Below the pieces are notes generated by a model that was given only the letters and a program-made list of their open reading frames with translations, was not told where the DNA came from and searched no databases. The position numbers and the translations under genes were made by a program. This document shows, piece by piece, positions 57,076 through 64,000 of a DNA stretch of 64,000 bases. Source of the DNA: Octopus vulgaris (Eukaryota); NCBI GenBank assembly GCA_951406725.2, contig OX597815.1, positions 198,214,001-198,278,000 on the forward strand, given 5' to 3'. Every line of letters begins with the position of its first letter. Within the stretch, counting starts at the first letter, position 1.

Positions 57076-58288
57076 AATCAGGTTGGCACCTTGTCATGAG
57101 TGTCTGTATATTTACGTGCCAAACGGTATGAATAATCCATAACACCGAAAAGCATAATTTCGAAACTATACATTCTTATTCACATAGCAATACTTATTTC
57201 TAGAAATCAAATCCACTAGTGTATATATTAAAACCAGGGTGATAAAATCCAACTTCTAATACTTTGTAATATGAGGTTTTGTCCACTACAACTTTTAATA
57301 GTTGGTTATCCATATATATATATATATATATTGTTGTGTCTATAGAGAGTCATTACGCCAATATATATATATATATATATATATAGGCATATGAATAATT
57401 TACTTGTGCTATTCTGATATTATTCTCTTGTTTCCTTTCAGAAGTGTCATTAGTCTGTCGGTGGTTCATGCGGCTGCAAATCTTATATAATATTGACGTA
57501 AGATTTTATTTCATGTCTGCATTAAAAGATTAATTCCTGTATATGTTGACTTGTTTATAATCTTGCTTCAATATATCATGTTCCCTTGTCAAGTAAAATT
57601 GGCTTCGCTTGGCATCAGCAATAGAAGCCAGTACATTCTTTATTGTGAGCTGTTTAGCTGTTTTACTTACCTCATTTACAATATTTGCATTTAATATCAA
57701 AACGTGTTTTAACACAACACACTACGCATGCAAACACTCACACATTCCCTGACAAACTCAAACACAAAACACACAAGCAAGCACACACAAGCAAGCACAC
57801 ACATACACACACACAACCACAGTGCGAGATGAATAGAATTCTATGTCTTTTGAAGTCTATGTGATTCCTGTGAAAATTTTGCATAGCTTGTATCTTGATT
57901 TTCACATTCGTGCAAGCAAAAGGCTTCCTTTTATGAAATGCATGCTGTCAAGTATGCAAAAGTAATTGTCTTCAGGAAAAATAAGGAATATATTTGCCAT
58001 TATACTCTCCAAATATGCTATATGGCAAAATATAGACGGCTGCAATGTCACTGACCTAAATTTTGATCTCGGGGCAATCAACTAAAAGTAAAGTTATATC
58101 TCTTATTCTATTGCCATTTCCGAATGCCTCGTCTTCAGTAACTCAATAATCTTGTGATCTCATTCTACATTCATCAAATTACCACATCACAACGGAAAAC
58201 AAACTATAAATTTAATATACATACGTATACACACACAAACACACAAACACTCACACACATCTCTTTGTCTCTCTCAAATCTCTGTATG

Positions 58289-58348
<60 letters not shown>

Positions 58349-58909
58349 ATGTATATATATACAAAAATAGATATAAATGTATGTATCTATGCGTGTGCGT
58401 TTGTGTGTGTGTGCTTGTGTATGAATTCAGCATCATATAATCGATGCCTCCTGGTGGACTTCCATTGGAAACACTGCATTAATAGGGAAATACTTGTTAC
58501 CTATTCTTAGATTAAAACAAATACGGCGATCAATGAAAAGCATTGATCATACAGAATATCTATAGTTATCTATAGGTTTCTACTAACACAGTTTCACTTG
58601 AAATTCAGAAAACAATAGTTTATTTGTAGTATGGACTATGAAGCACACTAGTTCAACTTGCCCTTTAGATTTAACGTATTCCTTAATAAATATGTTTTAC
58701 TTTCAATTTAACATGTGAAACGATTCCTGGTATACGATTCATAGTATACGTGCGTATGTGTGAGCATGATATTTCTGGTAGGGAGATTTGTTTATTCATA
58801 TATACAAATTCAGAAACACTCACGCACGCAAGCATAAATGCATATATATATATATATTTATCTAAATGTATGTTGGTATATACATATATGTGTGTGAGTA
58901 TTTATATAA

Positions 58910-59170
58910 CTTAGATATGTTTCGACCAAAGATTGGTCCAGGCCATGTCTAACTTAATAGCATCACCTGATAGGATTATTCGAATCCTGTTTAAGTCAAG
59001 TTTTGTTTAAGTCAAGTTTTGTTCAAGTAGTGAGTTCTTGTTGGGTGAGTTGTATCAAATTTTGTTCAAGTAGTGAGTTCTTGTTGAGTGAGTTGTATCC
59101 AATTATGGGTGGCTGACCTGGTATTCTTTGAAGGAATCTGTCCAGACTCCGTTTAAAGTTGATGGGATCA
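58910..59170 (-). mobile_element. CR1-like LINE 3' end (ORF2 C-terminus plus 3' UTR) with small internal tandem duplications
   Basis: DPINFKRSLDRFLQRIPGQPPIIGYNSLNKNSLLEQ; ~40-bp and 16-bp duplications at 58988-59099. Confidence 0.8.
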
Positions 59171-59199
59171 TTGCATATCAGAAATGCAAAATACACACG

Positions 59200-59368
59200 T
59201 GCCGTAGGCGATTTGTTTTCGTTTTGGTGACTTTTCCCTTTCTGCTCCCCGACGAAGAGCTCAAAACCTTTCCTTTCACCTAGCGTCAGACTAATTCATT
59301 TCTTGCGCACATCCTTATGCTGTCAGTTTTTATTCGTTTCATTGGACTGTTTGTTAATTTGAATTGAC

Positions 59369-59372
<4 letters not shown>
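59200..59372 (+). mobile_element. Family B-related Penelope-terminus-like fragment ending in (TA)n
   Basis: GGCGATTT...CCGACGAAGAGCTC parallels 28003-28200. Confidence 0.6.
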
Positions 59373-59460
<88 letters not shown>

Positions 59461-59487
59461 CGATTCAAATTAACAAAAACAATGCGG

Positions 59488-59553
<66 letters not shown>

Positions 59554-60243
59554 CATATATATATATTTATATTTATATATATATATATTTATATTATATA
59601 CATATATATGTGAATGCGAGTTTACACCATGTGTAGGCGTGTTCATGCTTTCGCATTGATTGATACCATTATATTATCTTATCAAATTAGTGTATGAATC
59701 TTACACTCAGTTAATAGGAGTTTATCTTAATATCACATAAATATCCCTTTCGATTGCTGGGTGTTTTTTCTGTACATATTCGCATATTCACTCTCCATGA
59801 GAACTCTCAGAAATAAATTAATTACTGTTCTGACAGACCTACGGTCTCCCGATGAATTAATATCATATAGTGCATGAGGCAGTATGCATAATATTGGCAT
59901 ACCGTCTGGTACCATATTTTCGATGTGGCGCGGTTCAGATATTGCTACTAATGTTTTTCAGTCCCATATGACCATTGATACAGCAGAACGAAGTACGTGA
60001 TATTCCCACCATGATTATCCCAGATTTTCATTCATATATATTTAATCTGGACTACGTTATCTATTATGCATGAATGCCCATCATTAGTAAGAGATTTTCT
60101 TGTTATCAATGAGAGGGGTAAGTGAAGAGTCCCGTGAAACCATGCAAGAATCCATGATATTCAAATTTTGTTCTGTTACGTTTACCATCTTTCATTTCCT
60201 GATTTCGATGATGATCAACCAATCTTTCTTTAATAGTAAGCAT

Positions 60244-60592
60244 GGAAGCACTCCGTCGGTTACGACGATGAGGGTTCCGGTTGATCCTAATCAACCGAAC
60301 AGCCTGCTCGTGAAATTAACGTGTAAGTGGCTGAGCACTCCACAGACACGTGTACCCTTAACGTAGTTCTCGGGGATATTCAGCGTGACACAGACAGTGA
60401 CAAGGCCGGCCCTTTGAAATACAGGTACAACAGAAACAGGAAGTAAGAGTGAGAGAAAGTTGTGGTGAAAGAGTACAGCACGGATCACCACCATCCCCTG
60501 CCGGAGCCTCGTAGAGCATTAAGTGTTTTCGCTCAATAAACACTCACAACGCCCGGTCAGGGAATCGAAACCGCGATCCTATGACCGCCTCC
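60244..60592 (-). mobile_element. Mosaic SINE (family E middle plus family D tail), A box deleted
   Basis: B box GGTTTCGATTCC; GAGAGAAAGTTGTGGTGAAAGAGTACAGC module; ACAGCCTGCTCGTGAAATTAAC module; TSD-like AATA(G/A)TAAGCAT flanks. Confidence 0.88.
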
Positions 60593-60872
60593 AATAATAA
60601 GCATATAAGCAGGATGTCTGCATCCTGTACGTTTAGTACAGATTGGCTTACATATTAAGCAGAATGAAATGTGAGAATAATAAATAGAAACGTAACATAA
60701 TGTAAATGTAATTTCAGGATGGGAAAAGAAACGTATCACTGTATCATTTTCAGGTAGTTTGTGAAAATAGAACTGAGGAGATCAGGGAGTAAATCTAGAA
60801 ACCTAAACGCAAAGGCAGACGTCATGTATCAAAACTTCAAGGTTAGACTATAAGTGGTATATTGCAATCGAG

Positions 60873-61103
60873 GGCGGTGAGCTGGCAGAAACGTTAGCAT
60901 ACCGGGCGAAATGCTTAGCGGTATTTCGCCTGTCGTCACGTTCTGAGTTCAATTTCCGCCGAGGTCAACTTTGCCTTTCATCCTTTCGGGGTTGTTAAAT
61001 TAAGAGCCAGTTACGCACTGGGGTCGATATAATCGAATTATTCCTTTTGTCTATCCTTAATTTACTTCTCTGTGTTTAGCCCCATGTGGGTAGTAAAGAA
61101 ATA
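60873..61103 (+). mobile_element. SINE family C with 14-bp TSD
   Basis: GGTATATTGCAATC at 60856-60869 and 61104-61117. Confidence 0.95.
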
Positions 61104-61513
61104 GGTATATTGCAATCAGATGCAAATTATGTATATCTCTTGAATTTAAAAGTAAAGAAACAAAATCATTGCCAAAACACAATAACTGAAGCTGTTTAAT
61201 GTCGGACATATGCATCTCGATGAATTCCATTTTATAATATTGGTAAGAAACTGAATGAAACACTGAGCTGAACCATCTTCACGCAAATTTTCCAATCCTA
61301 AATTAGGTTCCAGTGACTCATTTTGATATTTACTGATCGAGAAACAAAAATAAACGACTGAAGTAGATAGTAAGTTTTCCATCGTCGAATAAATCTTCTA
61401 TATATAACATTGAATAAATCTTGCCTCCATGACAACCACACCGCTCTATCGCTCATTTTCTCTCTCTTTATATACACACATGCGCATACTCGCACCCTCA
61501 TGCTCACGTATTA

Positions 61514-61582
<69 letters not shown>

Positions 61583-61606
61583 CATGTATATATATGTATA
61601 TGTATG

Positions 61607-61748
<142 letters not shown>

Positions 61749-61801
61749 TGTATGTATCTCTCTCTCTGATCCAATCTCTCTTTCTCAGTCTTTGTCCTTC
61801 C

Positions 61802-61885
<84 letters not shown>

Positions 61886-62840
61886 ACACACGATGAAATC
61901 TACGATCAACCGAGCGATTGATCAATATATGATTTAGACTTCACAATCAACGGTAATTACCTTCCTATAAAACACAATCAAAATAATTAAATGTGGTATA
62001 ATTTCAGTCATATTTGATCTGTATCATACCGTCTTTAGCAATATATGACTAATAATTTTATCCTATTTTTTCGTTTCAGTATTTTATACATTTTTTTTTT
62101 CATCACTTCCTAACATTAACCCACAAATATAACTACCATTTCAGCGAGGAAAAAATAACATCGATTACATATAACTGAACCCGGTTTAGGTATTGGTTTA
62201 TTGTCACGTTTCTTTTTTTAGGCCGCGTGAGTCTCTTTTTTGTTGATTGATTTATCCTTTATTGACTACACGTTTTGTTCTTTCCTGTGCAATAAATTTC
62301 ACATTAAAAAAGACATAGCTGAAATAGGTTTTTCAGGGGGGAAAAAAAAAGCAAAAACGTTATATAGATTTTGTTGTTTAACCCTTTATACGTTTTTTTT
62401 CCTTCTTTCATATAGATATAGAGGGAGAATGAAATTGGTACCATAGATTCTTAATTGATAAGTGGTAATTAAAACATAAGATTCGGAAAACAAAGGACGA
62501 AATAAAAACGGATATTTTAAGTTAAGCTAACAATGACTGTATTGATTTTTGAAGGTTTTTTTTTGGCTTCACTCGGCAACTAAAATATAAATAGACTGCA
62601 TCAATAGAACATCAAAAGTAATATCACCATGCATTATGATTTGCCTTAGAGAAGCCTGGATATGTCCTGGGGAACCAGACATTTGGTGAATCAGCTTCAT
62701 TCAGCTGATGCGTCGTTTATTATTTTTTTTTTACTTATATATTCAAGTATATTAAAATGTCTTATTTCTTCATGATTATTAAACATACACACATACATGC
62801 AAACACAAACGTACATGAATACTCACACACACATATACAC

Positions 62841-62930
<90 letters not shown>

Positions 62931-62991
62931 GTGTATATATATATGTACATATATATCAATACATACATACATCTACGTATATATATATACG

Positions 62992-63025
<34 letters not shown>

Positions 63026-63132
63026 TGTATGTATGTATTGATGTATGCGTTATATATATATATATATATATATGCATAAATATATGTATACGTATATATA
63101 TACATACATGTATATGCATGTATAAATATCTT

Positions 63133-63188
<56 letters not shown>

Positions 63189-63490
63189 TAGATAGATAGA
63201 TAGATTGATTGATAGATAGATAGATAAGTAGATAGGTAGATACTTATACATAAGCACGTTCCTGTATGACCGTGCGTGTATGTGCTTATGAGTGTATGTT
63301 GCCAATAATGTAGACTTACGTCTATACTACGATGCCTTTCATTTGGAGTGAAAGAACCTTCGGCTGTTTTCAAAGACAAAACTTTCAAATGACACGAATG
63401 TCAGTTGATATCAAAATAGGTTTATTACGCAATAGCTAGATTCAAATTTTCGCAGTGATGTAGAATCCACTAACCGTTACGTCTTGTCCG

Positions 63491-63660
63491 TTATTATTAT
63501 TATTATTATTATTATTATTGTTATTATTATTGTTATTATTATTATTGTTATTGTTGTTGTTGTTGTTCTTCTTCTTGTTGTGGTTGTTGTTGTTGTTGTT
63601 AATATTATTATTATAATTATAATAATAATAATAATAATAATTATTATTATTATTATTATT
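63491..63660. repeat. (TTA/TTG)n and (TAA)n microsatellite
   Basis: Seen directly. Confidence 0.95.
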
Positions 63661-63741
63661 GTCATTCAGTAGTTTTATTTTTATAGCGTGCTTCACTTCA
63701 CTACTGAGCGCAGCTCTGTGTGCCTTGGGTATGTGCTGTTG
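63661..63741 (-). mobile_element. R4/Dong-type LINE 3' UTR end running into (TAA)n
   Basis: Minus strand ACAGCACATACCCA overlaps ACAGCACATATCCA at the end of the 16371 fragment; terminates ACTACTGAATGACAATAATAAT. Confidence 0.7.
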
Positions 63742-63907
63742 TAGACTTAGGGGTTTCCTGTGTCTGTCTCCCGTGCGTTTGTACACTCAGTATACGATAT
63801 GTAGTTTGTTTATTTACCATGTATTTTTCATTTATATATAAACATATATAAATATATATATATATATTTATATATATATATGCGTGTGTTTGTGTGTGTG
63901 TGTGTGT

Positions 63908-64000
63908 GGAGGTGCGTGGCTTAGTGGTTAGGGTGTCAGCATCATGATCGTAAGATTGTGGTTTCGATTCCTGGACCGGGCGACACGTTGGGTTCTTGAG
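63908..64000 (+). mobile_element. tRNA-derived SINE head (family D/E type), truncated by the window end
   Basis: A box TGGCTTAGTGG, B box GGTTTCGATTCC; preceded by (TG)n. Confidence 0.85.

Noticed and set aside
63908-63980. tRNA-like sequences (also ~28800-28870 and ~43680-43748)
   Set aside because: A and B boxes are present, but the complete copies continue into SINE bodies and I could not build a full cloverleaf; called SINE heads

Overview
AT-rich eukaryotic non-coding DNA (intron or intergenic). It is saturated with microsatellites ((TA)n, (CA)n, (TACA)n, (TAGA)n, (TAA)n, (CAT)n) and decayed transposons. The repeat landscape resembles an octopus/coleoid cephalopod genome; this is inferred from recalled repeat types and is not verified. 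No intact host gene is supported: nearly all listed ORFs are microsatellite or SINE artefacts. Recognisable content: about 20 copies of several tRNA-derived SINE families; CR1/L2-type LINE remnants; R4/Dong-type LINE ends beside (TAA)n; many Penelope-like (GIY-YIG) remnants, several with hammerhead-ribozyme-like termini abutting (TA)n; an internally deleted mariner nested in a LINE; a Tc3-like transposase pseudogene; hAT, MULE and Chapaev3 remnants; two inverted copies of a ~1 kb non-autonomous Helitron; a foldback MITE; and a near-perfect 246-bp palindrome. Most interesting: (1) short hammerhead-like, TA-associated elements in direct and inverted pairs; (2) a covarying 3' stem-loop shared by several SINE families and a LINE end; (3) SINE target-site duplications that all begin GGTAT; (4) visible module shuffling among SINEs. 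All translations and alignments were done by eye.
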